A stretch of 64,000 bases of DNA, from assembly GCA_950097015.1 (NCBI GenBank), contig CATNEN010000001.1, positions 20,212,001 to 20,276,000 on the forward strand, read 5' to 3'. The DNA is from Macrostomum hystrix. Taxonomy: Eukaryota > Animalia > Platyhelminthes. Under the pieces are notes generated by a model, which was not told where the DNA came from, searched no databases, and worked only from the letters and a program-made list of their open reading frames with translations. Below, piece by piece: positions 1 through 12,727 of this stretch (position 1 is the first letter of the stretch; each line of letters opens with the position of its first letter). Both the position numbers and the translations under genes were made by a program.

Positions 1-2903
1 CAGGCGCTTGTTTAGTGAGTCTCTTGAATACAATTTTAATGATTGTCAACAGTTGGCCTTGAACGGTGCTGAGTTCTCTGATAATGGACTTCTCATGCAA
101 GCTGAAGCTAACTCTGAGTTCGTTGTCGTGGTTCGGTCTTGTGGCTTTTACCAGATGAAGCTTTTGGTGTGAATGATTAAAGCGTATGATCATGTTGCGA
201 CAAAGATTGCTGCACGTTAGAATAACCAAAACAATATCCATGGCAGGACGCACACCCATCGCTCCGATACTCAATGCCGGCTGACATCCTGTGTGTTTGA
301 AAATATTGTGTGTAGGTTGGGCATGAAAATTGGCCATTTAAGGTAAGAATAATTATAACTCCTGGTTAATCTTCTCTTTGATAGGACATCCCATCATGAC
401 ATTTTGATATACAGCTATGGCTCCAGGTTCTGATCCCAGGGGTAGAAGGGGAATAGGTCTCACCCTCCCCTTCCCTAATCCCAACTGAGCACAGAGACTT
501 TCAAAGTTAGTACTTCTTATTAGAGTAGTTGTTACCACCTTTTGTGAGAATGGACTCCCGTAACTTGACTCAAACTAGATAGGGGCCCTGGGGCTTCCCC
601 CAATGTTACGAACGAATGGAGAAAATGGCGCCGTTAAGGGCAGCACATGAACAGTGCACTTGCAAGTGAGAAGTAGGCTTCCTGCTTTCAGGTTGGTTTG
701 GGGCACTCTGGATGGATTTTACAACATTAGCTAATAAAAAATACAGCCTTCAGTATGTGCAAAAACTATTTTTTTACGCCTAGCCTACAAGCCTAGAAGC
801 CTAATGCTAATATTCAATAGCCTAAGACAGAAGGCCTTTTGTTTACAAAGTTAGTTCACTATCGCTCTTTAAGTTTAAACTTCTCACTCAAAAAATCATG
901 ATTGGAACTTACGTACCACCAGAAAAATATCGGTAAATACAGTCTAGCTACCCAAACCACATCCCATTACAAACGGAGTCCAACAGAGCTGCCTCTTTCT
1001 CCATTATTTTTGTACTCGTACATAGGTCCACTCACTTTAATTCTTAATAAATCCTTCCTTAGTGGCACGTAAATTCCCTTTTAACACACCAAAGATAAGT
1101 CTCTATAGAGAGCCTACATTACTGTTTCAAATGAAATGTACATAAATATCGGTCTTGCACCAGAATGATCACGCAAATTTTACATTACGACAAACATTGC
1201 AAATATTAAAAAAATGTACCTGAACTGACATGCACCTGTGCATGTCCTTGTACGACGCGTCGCTTATCTGTACGATTGCAAATGCAGCCTCCTTCAAGGT
1301 GAATGACTGGTCCTTTTTTCATCGTAACCCAGTCAATATCTGAGTCGTATGATATCTTTCCATTCACCTGCTCGAGATTGTTCGTCCAGCCCTCTCCGTA
1401 GCTGCCCGCAACAAACCATTGGCACTTATGGATCGATCGAGCGACACCTTCCAGCAGATCAGCCATTTCTTGTTGACACTTCAGTCGCTCTTGAACGTAT
1501 CCAGCTTCGTTAAGACATCGATGCAGCTCTTCACTTAGCTGTTTGTCGCTGGCTTCGCCACATCTACTAGAGGGGGGTGAGGGGTGTGACCGCTTGTAAC
1601 TGTAGTGGGATTCGAAGGTATACAGTAAAATGTTCAACAGTGCAGCAGATGCAGTGCCAAGCTCGCATCACATTTTGAGCAACACGTCACAGCTTCTCTA
1701 TGTTACCGAGTGTTTTCGTAGCTACAGAACATTCTTATAACGACAAAATCTTATAACGACAGCATTACCTGATACTGTGATATAGTATCTGGCAAGCTCT
1801 AGCTAGTACACGAGCGTGATAAAAAATAATGTTCATAATTTGTTCACATGTGATCTAAGCACAAATGATTTTTCAACCTGATCAAAGAGCATACATATTA
1901 GCCCACTTCAATCCTCTTGAGAAATCTAGAAAACAAAGCACTATTTGATGGCTTAAAAACTAATTTAATACAATTTGCAAAGCATATAAAAATATTTTTG
2001 GGTAACTTACTGTTTTCGATCGTTCAGCAGCTTCAACATGTCTGAGTGTTCAAACTGTTGCGCCAGCATAGTACATGTTTTACCCTCTCTGTCTTGATGG
2101 CTTGCATTTGCTCCTTTATCAATCAGGACCATGGCTACTCGCACCATATCTTTGCAAACCGCTCGGAACAGGGCTGTACCACCAGATCTGTCGGTCGCAT
2201 CCACTGTTGCGCCAAGATCCAAAAGATTTTCAACGAGACGGTGCTCACCTGCTTCAGCCGCCATCATGAGAGCAGTGGTTCCTTTTTCGTCCGGCTGATC
2301 GATAAGATTTCTGTCAAACCGATCATGTTTGATCAAGGTGGAAGCCAGTTCGATGTAGCTACCAGCGCAACCTGTTATTAACTGTTGAAGTAACTGGATC
2401 AGCTTCAAAGGCGTCATTCGAGACAGCGTCTTAGATAATAGTGAATTATTATCGTTGAATGCCATTGAACTAAAAAATTCAAGTGCTTGTTTCGATTGGA
2501 AGAGCCAATCCGGTTCCGTCTCCAGCTCCAGCATGTAGCCCACAACATGCTCTTGATGAGAGGAGAAAGCAGCAATTGCGCATTCACGTCGCAAAACGGT
2601 AGCTTTGTTATCATTTGAAAGAGACGAAGACAAAAGCTGAACATTATCCAGGTGCCCTTTACTAGCTGCAATTTTTGCAGCCTCCAAGCAGCAATCGTCT
2701 CTCGTTGCTCCATTTGTTATTGACTCAAGAAGAAACTGAAGAGCCTCTGCTTGACCAGGCTCAGATGCCAGTCTGCTTATTTTTTCTCTACAGAACTGAG
2801 CCTTTTCATTAGCGTCGAAATGTCGTTCAACGTCAGACTTAAGTTCCTCCAAACTGTGGATCTGTTCACTTCTTTTTAAATTAGAATTTTGCTGTTCCAT
2901 CAT
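1..2903 (-). CDS. Ankyrin-repeat + Mab-21/cGAS-like nucleotidyltransferase (cGLR-type); 3' end beyond left edge. Exons 2903-2011, 1563-1220, 288-<1
   Basis: Exon 1 has ankyrin repeats (GTTALMMAAEAG..LLDLGA, GGTALFRAV..LIDKGA). Exon 2 has the NTase motif AGSYGEG..DSDID. Exon 3, which the ORF track misses, reads ..PAMDIVLV..LHLVKA..ELRVSFSLHEKSII..IIKIVFK, matching the Mab-21 'R(I/V)SFS..EK' signature. GT-AG introns with compatible phases (2 and 1) join all three. Confidence 0.85.
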
Positions 2904-5625
2904 TGGTATCCGGTGCGACGTTTGTATATAGTTGGTAAGCTAGCAGGTTACATTTTGGCAGTAGTCACTGGGAGTCAACACCCGTTTTGTTATTTGAGTT
3001 TCAGCAAAGAAATCTTTTTTTAGATGTTTTATTTCTTCATTAGTCTCATCAATTGGAATCTGAGAATAAGATATCAGGAATTATGAATGATATTGAGTAG
3101 TGTAGCGATTAAGCACAATTTAAATAATAAAAAATATGTCTAGGTCTAGGAATAGGTATAGGGCTATGGATCCGGTTATCTTCACTATTATTGAATAAGG
3201 AGACAGGAGGCCTGGTCGACTGTTTTCTTGATGTTTACTTAGATGTTTGATTTCACAATCAGCGATGTTGTCAAATACACAAGGATGTTGGATTACGCAA
3301 AGATATTAATTAGACAACAAGAGTATAATCCGACTTATCTTAGATGAGTCTCCGAAGGCTGGAGCCGGAGCTCAAGGCTAAGGATCGGGTCTGCCGGTCA
3401 AGTTGAAGCGGTTACTCTAATGTTGATATGAGTTCTCTCAGAGTTTGGGATCTAACAGTTCTGTCAGACTGTTATGGATTTTTGCAATCCAAGAAGTAAA
3501 TCATGGTATTTTAATTTACTATTTTTTACTGTACGTGCAAAGATAGATGAAGGAAGATGAAAAGAGGTAAAGGTAAAAGAGAAAAAGAGGTAACGAGCAT
3601 GCAAACATTAGCATACAATTAAATGTAAACCAACATGTAGCATGATATCAGTTAGAGACGAGTCAAAGTATTTCCAAGCCACACGAGTGAAATCACCAAC
3701 AGTGTCAGCTACATGTAATATACTCAATGTCATACTCAATTCAAATTCATTCGCAAAAAATGCAACAAATAACATCTAGAATTTTTACACGTTGTATATA
3801 TATAAGTACTTTTAAATACTATTTTAAACACTCAATACATTGGAGACATATTTATACAAGGCCATGAACTGCAGAAACACTGAATATCACATAGAGCTAA
3901 AATAAGTGTTAACAGTTATACTCGTAGTTCGCAAACAAGAATTTGCACGACTCACCTGAGTCAGATCGCAGGTTGCTAAGAGATTGGCTAGTTTTAACTT
4001 GATGCTACCAAGGTCTGCAGCTGAGTAGGGAAGAGTAGGCAATTATTTGTATGACAAATATTCTGAGACAGTAAAATGAAATTTGCTACCTTGTTGGAGG
4101 CAACGTCAGAGGCGCGCTTCGCTTCGCATTGAAATACTGGCCGAGGGAAGAGGTAAAGGGGTGGACTCACTTGTGCACAAGTGGACATATTTTTGTTCAC
4201 TTATCTATGCAAGGAACAAGGAACTCTGGACAGAGGGTCTTCATATCGCAATCGAGACCATAGTCCCATTGTACTGTGGGGTGAGACTGGGCAAGGACTT
4301 CTATAAATAGCATCAGATGCTTGTATTCAGAGTATTGGGGTTTGAAAGGCCTTTAATTCACATTGACAGTGCATACCACCCGACAATGAGAAATGCAGGC
4401 AAGAAGTACACACTAGCTTCAACCAATTGATGAAAGAAGAATAGTTCCTATTACATCTAAAAAAAGCCATGAGCTTTCAGCATATAGGTAGGCCTTGAGA
4501 ATAATAATCCTGCCAACCTTAACAACCTTTGAAAGTGGGTTTAAACGTATATTAATCATACCCAATTCAAAACAGTTTGACTCATTCACACAGGCAATCA
4601 GAGCACTTGTGATTCAGAGCCAGTCCTTGTGTTTTCCGATCTTTGTGTCGATGAGAAGCTAGCCTGAAAGATACTAAGATTCGAACTCGTGACTTTTTAC
4701 TGACAATCACTTACTAAGGTCAATTATTTTACAATGTCACCCCATCAACTGGTTCCTAGTGTGATAATCAGTTTCTCAGTAATAAGCAAGAATGCAAAGA
4801 AATTCATCACCATCTTGGTGTTAAAATTAAAGTGCCATACAGACATAATATATTTAGTATATTGCTTTTAACGCCAAGCAGTTGCTGCATTTCAGACAGC
4901 AACTTAGCAAGGCCCGACGCAATTAATGCACGTGCAATGAATGAGGATCAGGACAAAGCAATATTGATAATAAATAGGCCTAAGAGTAAAATATGTCTAA
5001 CAACAAAGGTGCTTGAATTTTAGTTTAAAGGCAAACACAAAGCAAAAACAAACAATGACAACAGAAGGACAGGACAGGATACAGATTGAAAAGCTACAAG
5101 TTTGGGATCTCATATTTGGCTATGGAATCAAATTATCCCCTAATTGTTGGGGAGAGTCACCTTCAGAAATCTCCCTTAGATCTATATACTACTGTTAGTA
5201 CCAAACCTTAACAGAAGTCGACAATGACAGAGAGACAATCAATAGTTGGGACAAGGAAAGAAATACTAAAAGCAGAAAGCAACAACAGTCAAGCTAATAA
5301 CAATGGGTGCAAGTTGGGCTGGGTAACGAATTCCAACTGACTCAATGATCAGGTGAGACAGTAGCAGTAAAATTGCAAAAATTGACCAAAGCTGGCAAAG
5401 AAAAGTACTTTTGCAATGCACATCACCAACATCTCGAACTTGTGAGCATAGAACTGATAGAGGAAACAGCAATAACCGAAAAGGAACAATGGAATTTGTA
5501 GGGAAACTCAAGGTGCTGCTCAGAAATGGAAATTCGTCAAGTACAAAGTCTTGGAATTTGAAGATCTGTGACTCGATAGACTATAGAAGGAATCACCGAT
5601 TCTAGAAATGTAGTTTTTGGCATGC

Positions 5626-6595
5626 GAGACAGGAAAGTCGTGGAATTCCCAGTTCTTCAGACAGGAAAGTCGTGGAATTCCCAGTTTTCAGACAGGAAAG
5701 CCGTGGAATTCCCAGTTCTTCAGACAGGAAATCATGGAATTCCCAATTATTCAGACAGGAAAGTCGTGGAATTCCCAGTTTTCAGACAGGAAATCATGGA
5801 ATTCCCAGTTCTTCAGACAGGAAAGTCGTGGAATTCCCAGTTTTCAGACAGGAAAGCCGTGGAATTCCCAGTTCTTCAGACAGGAAATCATGGAATTCCC
5901 AATTATTCAGACAGGAAAGTTATGGAATTCCCAGTTCTTCAGACAGGAAAATCATGGAATTCCCAGTTCTTCAGACAGGAAAGTCATGGAATTCCCAATT
6001 ATTCAGACAGGAAAATCATGGAATTCCCAGTTCTTCAGACAGGAAAGTCGTGGAATTCCCAGTTTCTTCAGACAGGAAAGTCATGGAATTCCCAGTTCTT
6101 CAGACGGGAAAGTCATGGAATTCCCAATTATTCAGACAGGAAAGTCGTGGAATTCCCAATTATTCAGACAGGAAAGTCGTGGAATTCCCAATTATTCAGA
6201 CAGGAAAGTCATGGAATTCCCAATTATTCAGACAGGAAAATCATGGAATTCCCAATTATTCAGACAGGAAAGTCGTGGAATTCCCAATTATTCAGACAGG
6301 AAAATCATGGAATTCCCAATTATTCAGACAGGAAAGTCATGGAATTCCCAGTTCTTCAGACAGGAAAGTCGTGGAATTCCCAGTTTCTTCAGACAGGAAA
6401 GTCATGGAATTCCCAGTTCTTCAGACGGGAAAGTCATGGAATTCCCAATTATTCAGACAGGAAAGTCGTGGAATTCCCAATTATTCAGACAGGAAAGTCG
6501 TGGAATTCCCAATTATTCAGACAGGAAAGTCGTGGAATTCCCAATTATTCAGACAGGAAAATCATGGAATTCCCAATTATTCAGACAGGAAAGTG
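5626..6595. repeat. ~32-bp minisatellite (TTCAGACAGGAAAGTCGTGGAATTCCCAATTA, 30-33 bp variants)
   Basis: About 30 tandem copies; they explain the repetitive ORFs open in all three + frames. Confidence 0.95.
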
Positions 6596-6726
6596 AAAAC
6601 TGAATAACGAATGAGCCCTGAATCCGCCACATCCAAGACATTTGGACACATCTAGAACAATGCCATCTAAAATTCATGATTTAAAAACACTAAAAACCGT
6701 CATCGGTGCGGACGCAACCTCCCAGA

Positions 6727-9700
6727 TCAAGCCGGACTGGCAAGCAGGGCTGCCAGAGCAGTCCAACCGCAGAACGGATGAGTCCGCTGTCCCCGACCAG
6801 TTCTGTCATCGTACTGCTCCCAGAGGAAGCCGGTCGAGTCCCACTCTTTCAGGACATTGTTGAACACGGCCGAGCGCAGTTTGTCGGCCAGTTGAGCCGC
6901 AGCCTCTCGATTTGGACCTGGCTGGGAGGCATAGTGACGCAGCGCTGTCACGGCCAGGTAATTGGCGTTGATCCAGATGGCGCCGCGCCAATATGGCGGA
7001 TCGTCTTCCGTGTTGTGCCGATTGTACATCGACGACAATGGCGACAGGGAGCGGAGGCCGTTGGGCGTCCAGAGCAAGCGAGAGTCGGCGATGTCGGCTA
7101 GCAGTTTGGCCAGCCGGGGACTGTCGGGCTGCAGCAGGCGCATCAGCACCGGGAACAGGCTGACGTAGCCGAAGGCCGGCACGTGACCAGGTCGTGGCTC
7201 AACGTCAACCCGACGAATCTTCTTTGGCGGCGTCTGCGGCGGCGACTGGCCGGGCTTCAGCTTTGGCGGCTGGGGTCGCTCCAGGCGGACTCGCTCGGTG
7301 TGCAGGCCGAAGTCCTGATAGGCGCCGGACTGCTCGCTCCAATGGTGCCGGTCCAGGTGAGGCTCGGCTCGCAGCGACTCCCAGGCGGCGCTGTAGCGTC
7401 TCCAATCCGGAGCGTCGACTGCGAAGCCGATCTGAGCCATGACTCGGGAAGCCATGGCCATCCAGCACAGCAGGTCCAGGTGGCGCTCCTGGGGAAAATG
7501 GTTAAATTGAGCTCAATCACTGCTTAACAGGCTACTCACTGAAACTACATGTGTATGCGCGACGCTCTGACTTCTGTCTGCTCAAGCTACTCAAGCTGCT
7601 CAAGCTACTCAAGCTACTCAAGCTACTCAAGCTACTCAAGCTACTCAAGCTACTCAAAATACTTAAGCTAGTCAAGCTACTCAAGCCAATCAAGCTACTC
7701 AAGCTACTCAAGGTACTCAAGGTACTCAAGGTACTCAAGCTACTCAAGCTACTCAAAATACTTAAGCTAGTCAAGCTACTCAAGCCAATCAAGCTACTCA
7801 AACCAATCAAGCTACTCAAACCAATCAAGCTACTCAAGCTACTCAAAATACTTAAGCTACTCAAGCCAATCAAGCCAATCAAGCTACTGAAGACCTCCAA
7901 AAATTGCTTATAAAAGCCTTTTTTATATTCTCTCATCCACAGCCAACCTCATCAGTGGGGTGCGATGCGCGCGGATAATCGTCCAGACCAGACGACAGGG
8001 TCAGCGGATTGAGCTGATGCACTTTATTAGGATCGCGACCGCGCCAACGATAGGTGCCGGGCAGAACGCCGGCTTGGCTGGTGTTGAAGAATGCGTACCA
8101 GGTAGCCAGGCGGGGATACAACCTGCGGAGAAACTCTTTGTCGGCTTTGTCTGCCCCGTCTCTGGTCAGGTATGGCAGCAGCTGCTCAACAGCCAGGAAC
8201 AGGGTTGGCGGATTGCCGTTTGTGTCCGGCTGGATAACAAACTCGTCTGGCACCTGGCGAGTGGGATGACGGTTGATTGGTTCGGAATAATTGGTAAGGA
8301 ATAATTGGTAATGATTGGTAAGGATTGCAGACATGAAGATTTTAGACATGAGGATTGCAGACACGGGTTTACAAAGCCCCATGAGCTTGGGTTTTATAGT
8401 AAAGAATTCTGTAGTCCTAGGACTGTCTGTCTTGTTACCTGTCATGCGGCAGCTCACCTTGGCCCTGGCCTCCAGGCCCAGGATCTGTTCCCGCGGAATC
8501 CAGCCGTTCACATTCATCAGGTCCAGCCAGTGGGCTAAAATGTCTCGACTAATCTCGGGATCGAATTGGCCAATTAGCAGGTTGTGAAAGCCCTCATCCC
8601 AGAGGAAGCCGCGAGGAAAGAATGACCTGTGGGAGTGACATTTTTGGGATAAAAAAGTTAATTTTAGACAATCTAGACTCGCTGATGAAAAGAATAATTA
8701 GGGGTTCTGTGGCAGAGCGGTTAATAAGTTTGCCTCTTGCAACAATGTCCCTAAGCACAGTGAGAGTGTACACTGCCTGACGATGAGGTCAGTGCAGTTG
8801 TACACACCTGTGTGAGTGTGTGCTCAGGAGTCAGCGAAACGGGCAGAATTGCCTTCTCGCTGGCTGCGGGTCTGGAGTCACCAATTATGATTGTTATTAA
8901 AAGGGATAATTGAATCAAGGACCTGGATGGGGTAGCCGAGAACAACGCGGCGGGCCAATAGGCGGCCGTGGTGTCCGTGTCAGGCGAGTACACAATGGAA
9001 CTGCCATAGAAGTAGCCGATACCGCCAAGCATGTTGCTAAGCGCAGATTTGACAAATGCGGACGATTTTGAATCGGCAGCAGCGCCGAAGCGTTGAGAGC
9101 AGCTGCGGTTGAAGGCCGCATCGTGTCTAGCCAGCTCTTTGTTGAACACTTCGCCACGGAGCGGGCCGCCAACTGCCTGACGATCGGCGTAGCCTGCGGC
9201 GGATTCGAAGGCCACCTCCAGCTGGAATTCTGGCAGGGCGGTCATTTGGAAGACGATCAGGTTCTCAAGTTTCATGTTGCTGCGGCCAGTCAAACCGATG
9301 GTGCCGTCTGGGGAGGCCGCCATGCGGTGCAGCACCGTCTCCTTGATGAGGTCCTCGCGAGGCGCAAAGCTGCTCAGGTGAGAATAGCGGACAGGACCGC
9401 TGGTGCGCGGTTGGAAGTGCACCTGCAGATTGGGGGCATTGTTTCATTGCTATAAGTTTCAGTTCGGGTCCATCGGGAGCATGGAGGGTTTCACTCTGCG
9501 GGATGGAGCAAGGAGGGTTTTACTATGCGGGATGGAGCATGGAGGGTTTCACTCTGCGGGATGGAGAATGGAGGGTTTCACTCTGCGGGATGGAGCATGG
9601 AGGGTTTCACTCTGCGGGATGGAGAATGGAGGGTTTTACTCTGCGGGATGGAGAATGGAGGGTTTCACTCTGCGGGATGGAGGATGGAGGGTTTCACTCT

Positions 9701-11526
9701 GCGGGATGGAGAATGGAGGGTTTCACTCTGCGGTATGGAGCATGGAGGGTTTCACTCTGCGGGATGGAGGATGGAGGGTTTCACTCTGCGGGATGGAGAA
9801 TAGAGGGTTTCACTCTGCGGTATGGAGCATGGAGGGTTTCACTCTGCGGGATGGAGGATGGAGGGTTTCACCCTGGAGGCTTTTTCTCTTTGCAGCTTCT
9901 ATGCGACTAAGACTGGTGGGTTTCACTCTGATAAGGGGTTGTAGCCTACAGTGAGGGGTTGTAGCCTACAGTGAGGGGTTGTAGCCTACAGTGAGGGGTT
10001 GTAGCCTACAGTGAGGGGTTGTAGCCTACAGTGAGGGGTTGTAGCCTACAGTGAGGGGTTGTAGCCTACAGTGAGGGGTTGTAGCCTACAGTGAGGGGTT
10101 GTAGCCTACAGTGAGGGGTTGTAGCCTACAGTGAGGGGTTGTAGCCTACAGTGAGGGGTTGTAGCCTACAGTGAGGGGTTGTAGCCTACAGTGAGGGGTT
10201 GTAGCCTACAGTGAGGGGTTGTAGCCTACAGTGAGGGGTTGTAGCCTACAGTGAGGGGTTGTAGCCTACAGTGAGTGGTTGTAGCCTACAGTGAGGGGTT
10301 GTTGCCTAAAGTGTGGGGTTGTAGCCTACAGTGAGGGGTTGTAGCCTACAGTGAGGGGTTGTAGCCTACAGTGAGGGGTTGTAGCCTACAGTGAGGGGTT
10401 GTAGCCTACAGTGAGGGGTTGTAGCCTACAGTGAGGGGTTGTAGCCTACAGTGAGGGGTTGAAGCCTAGTACATTTTGTGACAGATGTACTACTTGAAGG
10501 TCATGGGTTCGATTCCCAACTCCACCTGAAAAATATGCAAGACAATTAACTCTGCTTCAGTTTACGCAGCTTTTAAATAGGTAGGGTAATTGAGGGTGGG
10601 TTTGGCACCTCACCAGTCCATGGACTGAGCAGCCGCTGCGGTGTGCTGCACATCTGGCCCAATAGGACAGGTGTAATCAATTGTTATTACTCTGATAAGC
10701 TACGCACCTGGAACTCGCCCAGTTCCTTTGTATGGCCGCTAATCTTATCCAATCGGAACTGTTCATCAACAGCCTGACCCCGCAGGTGACCCAGCGTTGT
10801 GTCCGGCAGCAGGAAGTAGAACATTACAGACAGCAAGGGTGATCGCTGTCGCTGCCTGGCTTCGCTGGCATTCACGCCGACCAGGCGAGTCGTGATTCTG
10901 GCTGTCCAATCGCCGCCTTTGCCGCCAATCCTTGGCCGTTTGACGAATTCCGTACTGATGGCAAACTCTTCGTCTCTAATGGATTGGATGCCGAAATTTC
11001 TACCGTCGTGCGCGTCCCAGGAGTAGCGCAGCCGGTCCGACTGGTCGCACCAGTGCCGAATCTGAGGCTCCAGGCCGTCCTGACGGAACCACATCAGGCC
11101 GGCTAGGAGAGAGTGCGGACTGCGATGCTTTAGGCCGAAGTACAGCTGCGGCCGGTAGGTGCCCCAGAACAGGTCCGGACTGAGCTCTGCCGCTGTGCCA
11201 TTCTGCTGCACCAGAGTCGGCAGCGGCAGGGGAGTCCACAGCCTGGCTGTGCGAGCCTTCAGCGACACGAAGCGAACTAGAAACACCAGAGCGGCAATGG
11301 CGAACAGGCCAGCGAACAGCTTAGATAGAGTGGCACTGGACGGTGTGAGAGCCGCAGCCAGCCTGTTGGCATTCCAATACTTGCCGCCGAGATAGAACCC
11401 GGGACCGCCGCCGCTGCCAGAGTGCCGGTTGCGATGCCTCTGCGGCATCGGTCGGGGACCGTCGCCAGAGTTGGCGTTCTGCTTCAAACGGCTGCGAATC
11501 TGGTTCTGACTGGCGCCCTTCGGCAT
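6727..11526 (-). CDS. MOGS: Mannosyl-oligosaccharide glucosidase (glucosidase I, GH63), ~851 aa. Exons 11526-10708, 9422-8923, 8626-8458, 8253-7948, 7488-6727
   Basis: N-terminal TM anchor plus motifs LFWGTYRPQLYFGLK, SNMLGGIGYFYG, PSRSFFPRGFLWDEGFH, GWIPREQILG, SGLDDYPRA, ERHLDLLCW, YWRGAIWIN, FLWEQYDD..G..THPFCGWT. Intron phases are consistent. Confidence 0.96.
7580..7890. repeat. 9-bp tandem repeat (CTCAAGCTA) in MOGS intron 4
   Basis: Tandem copies seen directly; source of the spurious LKL/SLS ORFs. Confidence 0.95.
8701..8900 (+). mobile_element. SINE family A copy (tRNA-like head, internally deleted) in MOGS intron 2
   Basis: A-box-like GTGGCAGAGCGGTTAA; body shared with the copies at 11.7, 22.8 and 60.5 kb; TTA-rich tail. 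Confidence 0.7.
9480..9872. repeat. 29-bp minisatellite (GGAGGGTTTCACTCTGCGGGATGGAGAAT) in MOGS intron 1
   Basis: About 13 tandem copies. Confidence 0.95.
9935..10470. repeat. 20-bp minisatellite (GGGGTTGTAGCCTACAGTGA) in MOGS intron 1
   Basis: About 26 near-identical copies that run directly into a SINE B head. Confidence 0.95.
10455..10689 (+). mobile_element. SINE family B copy (tRNA head + CORE-like domain)
   Basis: B-box GGTTCGATTCCC; body matches the 54155-54460 copy (CCAGTCCATGGACTG, CAGGTGTAATCAATT tail). Confidence 0.75.
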
Positions 11527-11672
11527 GGCTTCAGATTTAGCCCGAAATGGTTGTAATAATGAGAGAAGATTAATGCAAATTTACTTGCTAGATTGGCTGA
11601 TGCTGCAATTTGGGAAATGGCGGTATGGCATGCTGTTAGAACGAGAAGACATGTATGAATAAAGGGCTTCTA

Positions 11673-11915
11673 ATTATTGCCTATTATAATAATTATTTTA
11701 GGAGGCACATCAATTGGCGACACAAGACCTGCAGCCGGCGAGGAGCCAATTCTGCCCGTTTCGCTGACTCGTGAGCACACACAGATTCTGTTCACAGGTG
11801 TGTACATCTGCCGTGACTTTCTCATCCTCAGGCTATGTCCAGTCTCACTGTGCCTTGGTGGTTGGCCTTCAAGGGGTGTAAAAATTGCACAACGTCTCGT
11901 ACTAAGGCACGGGGG
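11673..11915 (-). mobile_element. SINE family A copy (5'-truncated)
   Basis: Shares GAGGAGCCAATTCTGCCCGTTTCGCTGACTC..CACACAC..GACTTTCTCATC with the other copies. Confidence 0.7.
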
Positions 11916-12727
11916 CATAGAAAAGGAGACGATTAAGTATTTCTAATAAAAAGCCGTTTTAATTTTGTGCCAAAAATGACAAGCAAACTAGCCTACTAAG
12001 AGTAGAAATATGAAAAAAGACAACTTATTATAAAATTTGAGAGCTTAAAAGAGGAAAACAAACACCTGGGTTTTTGCGTATCGAAAATTATTACCGACAA
12101 ACACTATATTTATGCCTGTACTAAGTTTACTGTTTTCTTGCACAGTGCAGGACACACAGACAGGCGAATAATAAATAAAAATAGCAAGCCAGAATTTAAG
12201 GAGCTACAATGAATGCTACTTACTGCTGCAGTAGATTTCTTTGTTTTACAAAAACGCCTCACGCTAGAATTTTAGAGCATAAAAAAAAGCTTTTTTTGTG
12301 ACAAAAAAACTCACCGAACCTTAATAAGTTGAGTCTTAAGCAGACACTCGGACTAGAAACAAGGCTGATGCAGACAACACTGCAAACCCTATTGATGTGG
12401 GAAAAACTAACCAATAAGAAATTCTGGGCTGGATGACATTCTACTGATTTTATTAATAGTTACCAATGAAGTTAGTATCAAGTTTGCAAAAAAATACACA
12501 AAATATGCATGCATTAGTCATAAATACTAGATAGGAGAATATTAATTTCAAGTTTAACCTGGATTAGCAAACTGTTGTCACATGCTGTGAAATTTGCCGG
12601 TTTTGCGCCAACTAACAGTACAGAATGAAGGCCTTTACGGGATTTATTTGTTAAGAAAATATCGGATTTTCCTAACTGTTCTACTGATAGTAGAAATATT
12701 AAAATATGCCAATCAGATTTTATTCGC

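Noticed and set aside
5617-6607. Three long overlapping ORFs (311-328 aa)
   Set aside because: Translations of a stop-poor 32-bp minisatellite. The same applies to the repetitive ORFs at 7.5, 9.4, 13.4, 24-27, 31.4, 45-48, 50-53 and 57 kb.
6642-7527. Antisense or alternative-frame ORFs over MOGS, NUP107, ABCA and ACOT exons
   Set aside because: Shadow ORFs expected from GC-rich coding sequence; no independent motifs.
8770-8850. Hammerhead ribozyme (CTGACGA..GAAAC) in SINE A
   Set aside because: The motifs are ~55-70 nt apart, no stem II closes them, CTGAC instead pairs with the downstream GTCAG, and GAAAC is lost in some copies.
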